Shown here: positions 39,930 through 52,329 of the stretch, piece by piece
Position numbering within the stretch: the stretch's first letter is position 1
Layout: every line of letters starts with the position of its first letter
NCBI GenBank assembly: GCA_026770705.1
Contig: JANJGN010000018.1
Coordinates: forward strand, 1,922,001-1,986,000
Origin: Isurus oxyrinchus
Lineage: Eukaryota
Length of the DNA stretch: 64,000 bases
Direction: 5' to 3'
Notes under the pieces: generated by a model
Database searches by the model: none
The model's input: the letters and a program-made list of their open reading frames with translations, nothing else
What the model was told of the DNA's origin: nothing
Translations under genes and position numbers: made by a program

Positions 39930-40009
39930 TAGAATGTTATTCCTCCTGCCAGATTCGTAGTTGCCACATTTTGCATTATTCCCGGTAACAGGAAAAAGAA
40001 TGTCGCTTA

Positions 40010-42780
40010 ATGGCTACAGGAAATTGTGGAAAGGCGAGACACGTAGAAACCATGGTCCAACTTGGGACATATGACATAGAGAAAAGACTCAGGTCATTAT
40101 TAAATATTTTCGTTAACGAGAAACTGTGAGAACGGGGCTGCAAAGTTCATTAAATGTGGATGAATTGCGGATCTGCGTACTCGTAAATACAGAGCCAAGA
40201 AAGTATTGCGGACAAATGCGTGGTTCCACGCGTGATGGAGGAGAAATAGCTGGAGATGCCTAGGATAATCCCAACAAAAGAGAAGGGTTAAGATTAATTT
40301 TGATGTTCCATAAATCTTGCCCGGGATCAGGGCTAGGAGAATGCATTGAAATATTTTTCTGGGCGAGAATCCAAAATGTCTGAGTGCGCTTGGAGACTAG
40401 GTTCCAGCAACTGAGAAAATAAGCAGCAACACGAAAAGGAATGGAGACATAAGAGCAGCAATAAATTTATAACAATAATAAAGGCGTCTAGGGTGTTATG
40501 GAATTACTAACTGTCCATTTCAGGACTTTTCCAGAAACGATTGACGAATTTTCTGCAGACGGTTCCATAGGAGTTGATGATAATGAGAACATAACAGAAA
40601 ACTTGGCCGCGATGCGAACTGGGCGCCTTTGGCTGCAACAAACCCTGGGCAGATAGAGTTGGGAAAAAAGGAAGTTGGAGGCAATATTGATTAGCAAAAA
40701 GACGGGATTCTACAGGAGTGCAGAATAGCATAGCATTGATAGCCTAAATCATTTTGGTGAGAAAAGCAGAAAGAGCAATGTAAACTAGTTCGACGTGTTT
40801 TACAGATTCCCAAATAACACACAGCAGATCAGAGAGTGAATTTATCGGCAAAAATTAATGACGTGACATTAAAGGGAAACAATATCCGGCGTTTTCAATT
40901 TCGAAGTACAGGGTGGGGTATATGATAAGAAAAGGTAAGGACGGTGAAATTGTCTAGAATATAATCTGCTTAAACAATATGTTAGAAGAACAGTGAAGAA
41001 GGATCAAATGTTCGATATAGTTTTGCTGAACGAGGTCGCACAAATGTTCTGTGTTTCAGACGAAACANNNNNNNNNNNNNNNNNNNNNNNNNNNNNNNNN
41101 NNNNNNNNNNNNNNNNNNNNNNNNNNNNNNNNNNNNNNNNNNNNNNNNNNNNNNNNNNNNNNNNNNNNNNNNNNNNNNNNNNNNNNNNNNNNNNNNNNNN
41201 NNNNNNNNNNNNNNNNNNNNNAAATAACTTATACATGATCACAGAAGGTTCAATGGTCAAAATAGTAAATAAATGTGTTTATAAGCGATTGATGAAGGAA
41301 AGATGTAGAATGGTCTACATTCAAAGCAGGGAAAGTTTTGTTACCAGCCAAAACATTTCCATGAGGAGGGAACAATAATAAAGTTATGAAGCTTTGAGGG
41401 AAGTGTTTCAATCGTCTTTGGGTATTGCACTGCTACTCGAGAACTGAACTAATGCAAATGTTACGGAGTTGTACATGAAGGGGGAGATCGCAACTCCTAT
41501 GAGAGAGGACTCATCCTTCTAACTTCATTGCCATTGGAGAGAACTCATCAAGGAGGAATTGATGCTCACTAGGAGAATTGATTGACAAGGTGAGCCAGAC
41601 CATTTGTTAAAGGCCAATCGTGTCTGAATAAGCTCTGAGTTATTTGATGAATTAAAAACCATTGCCGAGGAACGGCCTGCTATGGATATGTAAGACGTGG
41701 GATTTCAGTTGCATCAAACAACCTCTTTGCAGAATTTCACAGTCAGTCGAATGGCATTGCATGAAACGATGCTGTTCACTTGCTTAGTCGGTTGCCCAAG
41801 ATGGAGGGATCTGAAAATAGTCGCAAATGAATTTTACTCCGAGTAGGGAGATTGTGTTCCTCTGCGGGGTCGAGTGTAAGGCCATTCATCTTTTTTAACA
41901 CATATGTTTAAAAAATGGAGATAGATTTTGGTTAGTAACTGGTTAGTAACATCATAATGTTGCAAATCTTGAAAATATTACCATAAGAAATAAGGCAGAT
42001 ACGGCAAAGTGGCAATGTGGACAGACGCGTGGCTGCTTGAATTTATTTTGCTTTTGTGAAAAGCAATGCATCCTGGAAAACATTCCTCTCGTTGCATCAA
42101 TGTATACATTTAACTACTTTGAAGAGAAAAATAACACAATTACGGTTTTGTGAATGTCCATGACTCCTTGGATTTGAGACAAATGAAACATACTCTGCAC
42201 TTGTTTGGTAAACATGGGATTTAAGTTGAAATCTAGTAAATCATTCTACACGTTTGTAAATTAATTGCTATTATTCAGCTGGCACATTGTGCATAATTCC
42301 AGTCACTGCAATGTTGGAACGATGAGGAAGTCCTGAGAAGGTACAGAGGAAGTTGTAAGGAAGACACAATGGCAACTAAATACCATGATGATAAATCGAC
42401 AAATTTCTGGGATTAGCCTCACAATGTAGATATTAGGAGGACGTCCTTCTCATCGGGCGTCCTGCACCTCGGGAGCGATATTTAAAATTATGGAATCTCT
42501 CACAGAAGTTGCAGATGAGCTGGAATGTCTGATCCCAGAAGGATGTTTAACTTTGAAAGTTTCTTGCACAGAGAGCAGTGGTTGATGGGCGTTGACAAAC
42601 TGTCTGACTGAGAAAGACAATGTATTTGATCGACAAAGAAGCTGTGTTATTTTGGTGGGTGATGGCAGAGACATGGAATTCAGGCTCAAATCAAATCAAT
42701 CCTGATAATATTGAATAGCAGAGAAGGCCTGCAGAGTCACATGGCCTCTTCCTTTCCAGGAAGATCTTATGGTCGGGTGA
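40010..42780 (+). mobile_element. Old, strongly decayed CR1-type LINE spanning the assembly gap
   Basis: Degenerate ANVT..GE, SC..L.ELFDE, GVP.GS..GP and 3' tail gcagagaaggcctg..atggcct motifs in CR1 order. Confidence 0.65.
41068..41221. other. Assembly gap (154 N)
   Basis: Run of n. Confidence 1.
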
Positions 42781-42869
42781 ATGCTGTCATGAGCAGAGAA
42801 TGGTGGAATTGTTTTCATCATGTTGGAGCTGAGTAGGATATGCAAGAATCCAACAGAGGTACAAACAGA

Positions 42870-43985
42870 GAACCAGAGAAATGTTACAGAACGTAAGGAG
42901 ACCATTCGGCCCATATTTTCCATTCCAGCCAGTGGACACCCAGGTGCCCTTTCTAATCCCACCTTCCTGCACCGGGCCTCTAGCACTGCTGCTGACAGCA
43001 CTTAAGTTGTGGATCCAGGTGCTTTTTGAAAAAGTTTAAAGTTTCTGCCCATACCACAAGTTGGGCAGCCATTCCAAACGCCCATTATCCTCTACTTAAA
43101 AATAAAATTCTTCCTATTTATTCCATTCACCTTCTGCTAATTACTTTCAATCAATGCCCCCTTGTTCTAGAATTCTTATCAAGGAAATAAATTTTATCCT
43201 GTCCGCTCTATCTATTCTGCTCTTCATTTCGTACATCTCAATCAAGTTCGCTCTCAGCCTTCTTTGTTCTAAGTAATGTAACCCCCAACCTATCCAATGT
43301 CTACACATAGCTACAATTTTCTAACTCTGGCAACATTCTTGTAAGCCTACTCGGAACGCTCTCCACATCTATTGCGCCCTTCCTTTAATGTGGTGACCAG
43401 AAGTGTGCACAATACTCCAGTTGTGGCCTCGCTAACGTTTTGTACAATTCGTACATTTTATACTTACTTTTATATTAAATACCTCTGCCACTGAAGGAGG
43501 GCATTCCATTTGCCTTCTTTACGATCTTGTCTACTTGAAATGCTGCCTTCTTAGACCTGTGTACATGTACGCCAAGATATCTCAGTTCATCCCCCACTCT
43601 TAGTGTGTTCCCTGTTTGACTTTTCTTCATGTATGACTTCTCACTCCTCTATGTTAAAATCTATCTGCCAATTTACCGCCCACTCCACCAAACCACGTAT
43701 ATCGTTTTTGACATTGTACACTATCCATTACTCGGCCAATCTTTGTGACACGTGCATATTTGCCAATCCTGCCTCCCACGTTCACGTCTAAATCATTAAT
43801 ATCTAACACAAACAGCAAGAGTCCCAACACTGAGCCATGTGGAACTCCACTTGAGACAACTTTCCATTCGGAAGGGCATCGACCATTACCCTTTGTTACC
43901 TGTTACAAAGCCAATGTTTTATCCAGTTGCCACATTGCTCAGAACCCCATGGGCTTTTTTTTTCATGACCAATCTGCCATGTGGG
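42870..43985 (-). mobile_element. CR1 LINE 3' portion
   Basis: Reverse strand SGVPHGSVLGLLLFVLDINDLD and LARPQLEYCAHFWSPH; tail ccattcggcccat. Confidence 0.92.
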
Positions 43986-44759
43986 ACAACTGTATTCAAA
44001 ATAAATATATGGTTATAGATGAACAATGTCAACCTTTGGCTTAAAATATCTTGTTTAAAATAAGTTCAGGTACACCTTTCACAAATTATTGTTATTGGCA
44101 TTCCGTTGACCTAACGACAATGAGTCTAGCTATTAAGTACTTCGCTGTATCCACCACAATCCCAAATCCATTACATCAATGAAGTAGACGGGAGTATGGA
44201 GAGTATAACCAAAAATTTTTTCAGAGACACTCAAGTGATTTTTTATCAGCAATGCAGCGAGTGTAAATAGTCTAAACGGGTCATTCAGGAAACATTCTGA
44301 GTTTTAGCTGAAGCTGGAACTGCTTACCTTTGCTGCTCAGAACCGCAATCTGATGTTCCACTGCGTTTTTGTGGTAAAATATGTGGGAATTGTCGGCAAA
44401 ATAATTTGGTTAATTTAATTTGCTCTAATTAATTATTGATGTTAAATTTTGAGGGACAGGTCAGTAAGAATGGACGGACCCAATGGAACACTTTTCGTTC
44501 ACCTGTGTCATAGAGAGGAGACCGGGTTTTAGAGCGATTGTGGACTGGGAGTGGTGGTACAGAGCGGATAGACAAATTGCAGTAATGAAGTGGATGAGGT
44601 GGGAAAGGTTTATTTATTTTAGAACACCGAAACATTTGTAGAAGGGTCAGAGAAACCAAGAACATTGGAACATAACGACGATGAAGAGAGAGAGAGGTTA
44701 GTCTCCATGTCTGTCAAGCATAAATGTTTTCTAGGAAAACTGAGCCACATAGTTACCTT

Positions 44760-45720
44760 GATGACAATTCATCCAATCATGCTTTTTTGCAGACGCTATT
44801 CCATACTCCCAACTCTTCAGTTTCCCTCACTTCCATCCTGGCAATACCACCTTCCAAACACTGCTTCTGATATGGTACCTCTTGTACTCAATTATGGGCT
44901 CACTTACATCATTGTTGCTGTCCGTCGAACACGCCTATCCCGTTGCACACAATTCTGATCACACTCGACACCATTTTTTTTTCACCATGTCAAGGTATAC
45001 TACTCAATATTCACTCTAGAATACTACTCTTTCAGAGCACATGCTTTGCCGTTTTAGCCAAATTCTATGCCATACTGTCACAAAACCAATCCAAGTCTCC
45101 GCTCGACTTAAGAAAAAAAATTAAGACAACATTCCCCATGCACCAAATGGCCATTGCTTCTTCTCCAAGAAGACCGAAACTGCTTTCAATGGCACCCTCC
45201 TATAAAAGTGCTGGGTGTCCAGCTGCTATTCTTTCATGCCCTCTTCTGCAATCTTAAGAGCCATAATCACTCATGCCAACGTGAAAAGGTTGATTATTAT
45301 CCCCATTCTTCCTGTTTACATTGGGTAGACTAAGAATACACTCTCTCGTTATTTTGCTTAAAATCTCTGTCAAGCCCCAAATTGTGATGCTAATCTTCAA
45401 GTAATTTTTCAGTATAAATATTACTCGCACATCAGCCAGACCATTCCCTCCTCAGCCTCCTGCCCTATTTCAATGAACTGCGCTTGAATGTGCTTCAAAG
45501 GAACCTCACATTCCTTTTAGAAACATTAAAAATTTCCAAACTCAGCTGAGTTAAGATAATTCAGGTTATAAACTTTATTTCTGTTGTCCTGTTTCCAGCG
45601 ACAACAGGTAATGATCCTGTTCTTCATTTAGTCACCCCTGTTGCCCAATGTATCGCAGAACATCTCTTTCATCAGCATTCTGTCTTCTCACTTTCAAAGT
45701 ACTGCTGCATACTTGTGTTG
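44760..45720 (+). mobile_element. Old Penelope-like RT fragment
   Basis: LDTIFFSP..TTFPMHQ..RRP and ccattccctcctcagc (IPFSQ-like) correspond to the PLE RT in other copies. Confidence 0.6.
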
Positions 45721-47809
45721 TTACAGAATAACGTGATCCGGTTTAAGCAACAGGGCAATTGGCTGAAACATGAAGCCTGATGGTCTGCAAAAAACGGTTT
45801 CTTTGTATTGTAAATAGTTTAACATTTTGCGTTCATGTTTCATTTCACAGGGCATATGGCCTATGTTCATTTAACAAACAGAGAGAGCGTGGAGGCATAG
45901 TGAGTTGTGCATTCAATTGAAATTAAAGATCATGATGTTCAGAAAGCCTTTAACAACTGAGGAGACGCTGAAAAAAATATATGAACATGCGATTATCAAA
46001 GTTGGTTCAATTCTCAGTCAAATTCTACCTTCAAATCAAGGAACTTCACGTCGATTACCATACTCAATGCAACCAACAATGATGGGTTCACTTTTTTAAA
46101 AGCATAAATTTTCTGCTTTTGCCCATTGAAGTACGGCAGGCATTCTGAACTGTAACACTCTGAAGTGATGCAGCATTGCACACCATGCATGGGTTGTCTT
46201 AGCTTTACAGGGCAACTTGCTAACTATTTGAGGAACTATCATCACTCAATGCGGCTCCCAGCGAGAAGCAAATCAAATAGACAAATTACTGGAAACTGGT
46301 AACGAAATGAAAGTACACATTCATCGATTTCCTGCAGAAGAGACATTATGTGTTCCCTCTAAACAGGGAATTATGTGTGTCATTGAAGACCAGCTCTTGG
46401 AAACGAGATGGACATCCATATCCCGAATGCATAAAACGCAGCTCCAATCCTACAGGGCCTCACAACAGTCACTGTGTGTTTTGCTGTTCTGTGGATAACA
46501 GGAAGTACCTGGCGCTGTGGCGTCATCTCTTGTGTTATATTGGCAGTTCCTCTGTAATTGTGACATAATGTTGCTGGATTTCCCAACTCGGAATCTGAAT
46601 TGGAGCTGTATAACATACAGCCTGCATAAAACATCAAGGGCTAATATATCAGAGCAAATTCATGAATTCACTGGAATTGCAGTGCAGTTTAGTGCCTCCA
46701 AACATACTTCTCCATTATCCCAAAACAGATTCACGGCATAAAATTACCATTATTTGTGTGCAATTTCCAAAAGGTCTCACCCCACATATCTACAGATCTG
46801 GAAAAATGACTCTGATTGCCAATCAATCAATAAAGTTCTGTAATGCTAACACATCAATCCTCCCTGTGTTTCTGAAGTGAAATAGAAAATGCCATGGCAA
46901 ATGCGGCCGTTTTTCTGACCTTAAATATAGTTGAATATAAGATGACCATTGCTGCTGATCAAGAAGCACCAAGAGGATTGAGCATATGTAAATATAACGC
47001 ATTGACTCGCTTTCTCCAGTCACGAGAAAGCATCTTCAATTTAGATCAGCTGTTTGCTTTCTGCGACCCAACATAAATCGACTTATTTTAATGTCAACCC
47101 GAAATCAGCAAGTGACAGATTTTATCTGGAAAATTAATGTTTCATGCCGATCAATACATGAGCACAGCTGAGGTATAAATTAACTTTTTGTTATCATGAG
47201 CTACTCATCTGAAATGACATTTACCGAATGCTACTTAGAATTAAAACAAGCTCACCATACATGAACATTGAATTAAAAATTTTAAAAAAAACATTAAACT
47301 GTATTGTCAACGGTGATGAAAATGCATTGATACATATTAATTTCCTTCAACACTTTGCCACGCAGTCATTGGTTTCTGCTGGTGTACTTGTTTCTCTCCA
47401 AACTGATGGACTCCGACGACTTTGTTGATGGCAAACATAATTCATTGAGCATGGGACATAGACATTGACAGCAACAATTTGTCAGAGCAACTTATAAAGT
47501 CTCACAGAATGTTGCAGCTTGGGGGCATTGCTGCCCTGTATTTTCAAGGAGTCAGTGAATTTTATAAATATTGGCACTTAGACATGAACAGCATGAAAAT
47601 GGTAACAAGGTGCCATGGCTTCGAATGGACATTTTAAAATTTCTGATTCGCAAAAAGGAACCTTGGTTATTATGTTCCAAATGCAGAATTGTTTCACAAT
47701 CTCTGAAATGTTTACAGGAACCTTCCATGAATGTGAGTTCTGAGGATTCAACTACCAGCATTGCAATTCCTCAGTTGTATTATTATGAGTAGGTTAGCGA
47801 GTTCGAAGG

Positions 47810-47980
47810 TTAGGAGTTATGACCATCAGTAGCCATTTCGGTCCTTCTATTCTGCTTTGCCATTCAACTTGACCATGAATGATCTGGCTGTAATCTCAAC
47901 TCCGCTGTCATGTCTGCCCGTCATAAATCCCTGTGCGTAAAAAATAAATCTGCAAACTCTGCCTTTAGAATAGCATTTAA
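47810..47980 (-). mobile_element. CR1 3' tail fragment
   Basis: ctgctttgccattcaacttgaccatg..gatct..tctcaactcc matches other CR1 tails. Confidence 0.7.
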
Positions 47981-48889
47981 CAAATGCCAAATCTAGTAAA
48001 CAAAAAGAATACTAATGGTGATATCAACATGTAAAAGCTGAAAGTTACACAGTATCCTATAAAAATATTGGCCCACGTTCTAATTCCTTGTCGTTAGAAC
48101 ACTATACCCGAGAAATGACATGTACAGATGACATCAAAACTAGGGTGTGAGGATATAATGGAAAAGGATGGAGACGCTGCACTGCCTAAGTGTCGTTGAG
48201 TGTCTCATCAAGTAGTAGCAGCGACGTGATATTTAATTAAAACGCTGAACTTAGTAGACAGGATTGGAAATCGATTATCGCCAAGAGCACTAGCACCAAC
48301 GGATCTGGAAGAAGCCAACATCCAAAAAAAGCATGAACTGCCGCAGATATCTTAATTCCTAAAACACTGCACCCCATTTCACTGTACATATTTATATTAT
48401 TCCATAATGTTGTTCTCAAATGGTTTTCAAATCTCCCGTACTCTGGAGGGGACCTGTCAACTATCAGATGCAGAGCTCATGTTCTCCCGGACAATATTTG
48501 AGAGCTAAATTGCCACGAAGTTGTTATTAATAACAAAGATAAACCATCCCGAAACATAATCATGAATAATGGCGAACGAGAATTGTTACATTGTTAACCA
48601 AACACCTTCAGACAGTCAGATTGTCTGGAACACTTTATAATTCTAACACTTAATATTATTAACTGGATACATTGTCGAGGGAAATGGGAAAGAAATCAAG
48701 GCCCATATTTTAAGGTTGTTAAATATTCTACCGACGAAAACAGCAAAACCGATAGAAGCAGTTATATGTGTCTCATTGCCTTTGAATGTTGGACGGTTCA
48801 AGTCTAAAATTAACACGGCAATGTCTGAATACTTTGGTGAATCCAATAATGCAATGTTCACCTTTAAGCAAGGTATAGTGAAATCATTG

Positions 48890-49330
48890 TAAAAACAGCT
48901 ATTATTAATTTTTTAGCAATGGACATGCGAATTGCAATTTAAACTCCACATAAGTAATTATGGGGAATTACACTCCAGAAGATAAACTAAGAATTAGTTT
49001 TCGATTTGAAATAATGAATCGGAAATAAATGTGAAAGTTGTGGCTTGCAGAAGTTGAGGGACATAAATGCAAAAATAAAATCGATGTAGAATTATCAGGC
49101 TGTCGAAAGCCAAGGCAAACATAGTATTTTAGTGCTGGATAGATGGACTTAAATAACAATATTATTCTGGTGAACATCGACCAGACATTAGTTCGAGGGA
49201 ACACGGAGTATAATTTATTGTCCTGGTCAGCATAAGTTTCAAAATATATCTAGGAGTAGTTAATGAGGCTCAAAACACTTTATAAGGATGGCAACCGTGT
49301 TAGAAGCGAAAGTTATCCAAAAGTGTTGAA
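48890..49330 (+). mobile_element. CR1 ORF2 3' fragment, decayed
   Basis: Degenerate W.M.FN..K..V.H and LV...EY...WS motifs. Confidence 0.5.
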
Positions 49331-49779
49331 AATACGGGTCACAAAAGGCTTGACAGCCACTTTTTGGTTCAATTGCCCACGAGTTCCTTTCTCTTCGTTC
49401 AAATAGGACGGATGTAACGTCTCCGAAAAAGAAAGAGAAGGGGAGTATTGGGGAACGGAAAGGATTCTGGATAAGGAATCCACGCCCATTGTCGCACTAA
49501 GGGATATATTGTCTTCTCGAGTTCATCCGGAACATTTACTGTCCATCCGTGGATGCCTTGATAAGCTGATAACGGTCCTTCACCTTAAAACACTCGACTC
49601 CAGTTTGCGAATGTTCTGGACAAGATGGCTTAAGGTAACAAACACCTGCACATTGCGACATGGACGATTAATTATTTTGATGTCTACTCTAATGGACTGA
49701 ATGCTTCTGCACCGGGATGACACTATAATGACATAAATAATTGCTCCAAGAACCAAAGTATTTTCCCTCTCTTTAACAG

Positions 49780-49890
49780 TTTCTGCTTCCATTAACTCGC
49801 TCAATCATATCGAATATTACACCTGCGACTTTTCGAATGACAAAGGTCCTGGATCAGAAAATCCTGACGAGAACTCCTCCAGCATTCAGG
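49780..49890 (+). pseudogene. G4 cytoplasmic exon (111 bp, phase 1-1, open)
   Basis: Strong acceptor ttttccctctctttaacag; VSASINSLNHIEYYTCDFSNDKGPGSENPDENSSSIQ; donor reads gcgggg instead of gt. Confidence 0.75.
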
Positions 49891-50418
49891 GCGGGGCAAC
49901 TTTTAGTTTCGACCATCTGTTTTCGTCCTTGAAACTCAGTGAAAATGACAATCGAATATGAAGTATGAAAAAAAACTAGTACACCATTTAGTTGCACGGC
50001 CAATGATATCAGAATTTACAGAATGACTTCAGTTAAAAAAAACGCTTCTAAAATACTTTCGGCCGATACAATTTAGTGTGATTGCACTCAATAATATAAA
50101 TGAGTGGAATAGTTTCATTTAGAGTACATATCATGTTATTCGTTTCATGACAAGGCTCAATAATCTGTTAAATGTGAAACGCGCATGCAGGCTGGCGAGA
50201 TCATTGAGTCAGTGAGCAACGTGACATCAAAACAAAATAATAAAAATACTGTGACGCGAATTGTTCCAAAATTTTTCCACGCTTTAACTCCCTCCCGTAT
50301 ACATGCAATAGAACCATTGTCCACTCCTCTGATTGTTTGCTTTCTTGGCAAGTCTCAATGTTATTCAATTATTCATCGTTAGCAATTCCTCTCAAAGAAA
50401 ATCATTTGTTCCTCCCAG

Positions 50419-50529
50419 CTCCCCGCGATTATGACGATGCTGAGACTCTAGGCAATGATTCGAATGGGGATCACTTGCTGCTGGACTGCGCTCATGATTA
50501 TGTTTTCACACAGCAAAGTGCCGGCGGCG
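50419..50529 (+). pseudogene. G4 cytoplasmic exon with DYDD motif (111 bp, phase 1-1, open)
   Basis: Acceptor tttgttcctcccag; APRDYDDAETLGNDSNGDHLLLDCAHDYVFTQQSAGG; donor reads ctatgt. Read-through stops at 50535-50537. Confidence 0.8.
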
Positions 50530-51014
50530 CTATGTGAAGTCTGGGTCAGTAAGAAATTTATTTATCTTGTCAGACTGGCTCTCTGTATTCTTGGTGACTT
50601 TCTTCCTCTCAGTTTATATCAGTTCCCAAATGGCTGGAAAATCTGCAGAACCTGTCACTAACGGGAGAAGTGTTGCTTGTATGGTTCGGTAGACGGGTTC
50701 TGCGCTACATTCATAACCTCGACTTAGTTTATGATTGTTTGTTTTGGGTGGACTGCGGCCAACCACGGTCTCAAATAAGTCCATCAGTTAGCTGAGTCTC
50801 TTCCGGGATGCGTTGGAGACATCTCTGCATTAGTTTTTCTTCTCCTGTTGTGAGAATTCCACCTCCCACCACTGATTTCAGATTAGATGATTATTTCTGT
50901 TTATTCATTCACTCACCTGCCCACATGTGAGGAATGAACTGGATCTGTTTCATTCATACCGGCGCTGGAACAAAGCATTGTTAGGTCTATGTTCCTGTTG
51001 AAGTGATACGATTG

Positions 51015-52320
51015 ATTTCATTCTTTTATTGGATATGGGCGTCACTGGCTTGGCCGGCATTTATTGCCCAACCACAATTGTCTTTGAGAAGGTAGTTATG
51101 AACTGCCTTCTTGTATTATTGTAGTCCATCTATTGTATGTACCTGCGCAGTGTTCCTGGGCAGAGATCTCCAGGATTTTGAGCCAGAGACACCAAAAGGA
51201 AGGCGATAGATTTCCAAGTCAGAGAGGCGTGTGGCTTGGAGGGAAATACCAAATCTTGGTGATCCCATGTACAGAACACCTCTGTTCTGCTAAATGATCC
51301 TGCTCTGGCGTCCAGAAGGTGGTGAGATTCTGCAGACCCTCCGACAGATGGTTCATATTGATGTTACTGTTGGTCTCTGTAAAGGGAACAAATGCTTGTA
51401 GGAGTTCCTAGTTCTATAGGTTTTCAGATTTTTTGTGTGTGTTAGCCGTGCTTTAGTCCAGTCACGTAAAGAGTATTGTATTAAGCTCCTGACTTGTGCC
51501 TTGTAGACTCTGTGGAGTCAGGATGTGAGTTGCTCGCCTCAGGGTTCATAGCATCTGAAATACTCCTGTGGCCAAAGTGTTTATCTGGCTATTCCATTTC
51601 AATTGATAGTCAATTGTAAGCCCCAAGATTTTGATAGTGGGGGATTCAGAGATTGCCATGCCATTAATTGTCCAGAGTTGTTGCATAGCTTCCCTCTTTT
51701 GGCAGCTGTTAATTTTCAGGCACCTTGGTGGAGCGAATGCTACTTGTCGCAGCTCAGCCCAAGAGTGGATATTGTGTAGGTTTTGGCGAATTTCAGAACC
51801 TGAGCTGTTGTGAATGGTTATGACCATTATGCAATCATCAGTGGACATCCCCACTTATCACCATGTGATGATGAAAGGAAGGTCATTGATGAAGCAGTTG
51901 AAAAAGTCTGTGCCGAGGGCACTGCTCCAAGGAAATCCTGCAGTGATGACCTGAACTGAGATACATGGCCTCCAGCTACAACAGCCATATTCCTCGGTGA
52001 TATATATGACTGCAAGCAACGGCGAGTTTCTTTATTTTTTTCTTTCCCTTCGATCCCAAAGACTCCAGTTTTGCTCGTGCTCCTTGATACCACATTGGGT
52101 CACATAACTCCTTGATGTAAAAGGCAGTCACTGTCACGTCACCTCGGGTGTTCAGCTTTCATGTTCATGTTTAATCCAAGGCTGAAATGAATACTGAAGC
52201 TCAGTGACCCCGGCAAAAACCAAACTGATCGTCACTGAGCAGGTGATTGCCAAGCATCAGTCGTTTATGATTAACCCTTCCATCACTTTACTGAAGATGG
52301 GGAGTAGAATGAATGCGCGG
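51015..52320 (-). mobile_element. LINE 3' portion (second CR1/L2-group family)
   Basis: Reverse strand FINDL..STDDC..ESPTIKILGLTIDYQLKW; 3' end ggatatgggcgtcactggct.ggcc.gcatttattgccca. Confidence 0.9.
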
Positions 52321-52329
52321 GAATTGGCT

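Larger units (their letters stand above)
38236..50691 (+). pseudogene. SRCR receptor pseudogene G4 (leader, 61-bp exon, about 9 SRCR exons, TM, four cytoplasmic exons); most complete copy
   Basis: Signal-peptide exon 38236-38290 (MIVTLFHFASLLQCVWDC, GT donor); exon 38908-38968. SRCR remnants ~39045-39365 (PVQ..SGHLEI..NKEDLNV), 39570-40010 (RVEY..GVECY), 44110-44430 (RDTQVI..NCRQNNLVNLICS), 44455-44740, 45851-46160 (after catttcacag, HLTNRES), 46235-46530 (CG*QEVPGAVAS), 46610-46900, 46930-47210, 47450-47740 (AWG..GN..PWL). TM-like ~48340-48450. Tail exons ~48660-48761, 49780-49890, 50419-50529, 50574-50691. Confidence 0.72.

Noticed and set aside
40982-41260. ORFs spanning the N run
   Set aside because: Artefacts of the assembly gap. 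The gap also means continuity of G4 across 41068-41221 is assumed, not shown.
45850-47780. hAT/ZMYM-type transposase fossil (FNN*-DA, ALQG, CDPT look-alikes)
   Set aside because: The same bases read better as consecutive SRCR exons, starting at a proper acceptor (catttcacag, 45850) and lying between other G4 exons; no terminal inverted repeats seen.
49509-49960. TRIM/B30.2 (PRY) exons
   Set aside because: No TLDP.TA or WEV motifs; 49780-49890 fits the SRCR-receptor tail together with the DYDD exon.
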